A stretch of DNA of 64,000 nucleotides from Camelus ferus (taxonomy: Eukaryota), in contig NC_045717.1 of the NCBI RefSeq assembly GCF_009834535.1, forward strand, positions 19,592,001 through 19,656,000. The letters run 5' to 3'. The notes beneath the pieces were generated by a model that saw only the letters and a list, made by a program, of their open reading frames with translations, did no database searches and was not told the DNA's origin. This document shows positions 62,992 to 64,000 of the stretch, piece by piece. The first letter of the stretch is position 1; each line of letters begins with the position of its first letter. The translations under genes and the position numbers were made by a program.

Positions 62992-64000
62992 CGGACTCTG
63001 ATGGATACTTATATACTTCTGACAAAGAGACAGACCCTCAGAGAGCTGGACCATCAGACCAGCTCACAGGTTGCCTAGACAGCGGGAGGGGTTGTCGGGT
63101 GAGGCTTCCCACGGACCCTGATTCTAGAAATCTTCACACTGTGACTCCTGAAGCTCCACAGTGACTGGCATCTGCTGTGAATGGTTATGGGTCCTGTAAA
63201 AACGCCCTCCCAGATAAAGCTTCAGTATTGGCCTGACTTTGTGGGTTTTGGGTGCTGGAAGATGGGAAGATACTGGGGGGCCATACACACTCACATCCTC
63301 ATCTCCTAAGCCTGCGCAACCCTCCTCGGTCATTGCAGTCCTTGTCGCCCCTCCTTTCCCCACCCCAAGGTCAGATTACATCGTCCTTGTCTCCTGCCTT
63401 GAAACCCAGGGACATTCACAGGGACCGTCTTCCTCCATTTAACAGCCCTCAGCCCAGTCCCAGAGCCCCAGCATCCTTCACCCTTCCATGATCCAAAGTG
63501 ACCCTTTGGCTAGCTCCGGCCGGGGCGAAGGCGAGGCGGGGGGCGGGTGCCGGGGAAAACATGCAGAATGAAAGGGGGAGGATCAAGAGCACAAGCGAAA
63601 GTCATGAGTTGGACCTCAGGCTGTAAGGTAGGAAAGGAAAAAATAATTCGCATCTGATCCAGAAGCAGAGAGAGGAGCGCGGTTCGGTGGAAGAATGTTG
63701 ATTAGCATTAACCCGAATTGAAAGAGACGGAGGCAGGGCCTAGCGGAGTGACGTGAGCTGCGATGGGCCGTAAGAGGGCGTGGCCGGGGCCGAGTCAGAG
63801 GGTGGAGTCTATCAGGGACCAATCCTCCAGAAGCAGGAGGCGGCCCCAGGCTGGCCGGGTCGGGGGCGGGGCCTGCAGGGAGCGACTGCCCGAAAGAAAG
63901 CCCAGCCCCCGGAAGGATCCTTGACAGCATTTTCAAATCTCTGCTTCTCACCTCGCGGGCGGAGTCTCCATCCTCGTGAAGTCCGGGCCTGGGTTCCCAG

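Overview
Mammalian genomic DNA, most likely a camelid (inferred from six tRNA-Ala-derived Vic-1-type SINEs). It is syntenic with human 19p13.13 in reverse orientation: DAND5 exon 1 (-), GADD45GIP1 (+), RAD23A (-), CALR (-), FARSA (+), SYCE2 (+), GCDH (-), KLF1 (+). I traced exon boundaries by hand; all visible junctions are GT-AG. CDS lengths match the orthologues as I recall them, with exceptions for FARSA and SYCE2 noted below. There are five N-gaps; one hides RAD23A exon 4 and one hides most of FARSA exon 7. Main observations: (1) DAND5 exon 1 carries two frameshifts and early stops, consistent with known loss of cilia-flow left-right genes in even-toed ungulates. (2) KLF1 has Arg at the SUMO-acceptor position (human K54 / mouse K74). 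(3) The SYCE2 exon-5 homologue is frame-disrupted, and SYCE2 and GCDH terminal exons interleave on opposite strands. (4) The FARSA C-terminus has a +1 frameshift. (5) One L1 fragment joins the ORF1 tail directly to the ORF2 tail. I found no evidence of a wholly new gene system. All cross-species comparisons are from recalled sequences; no database search was run.
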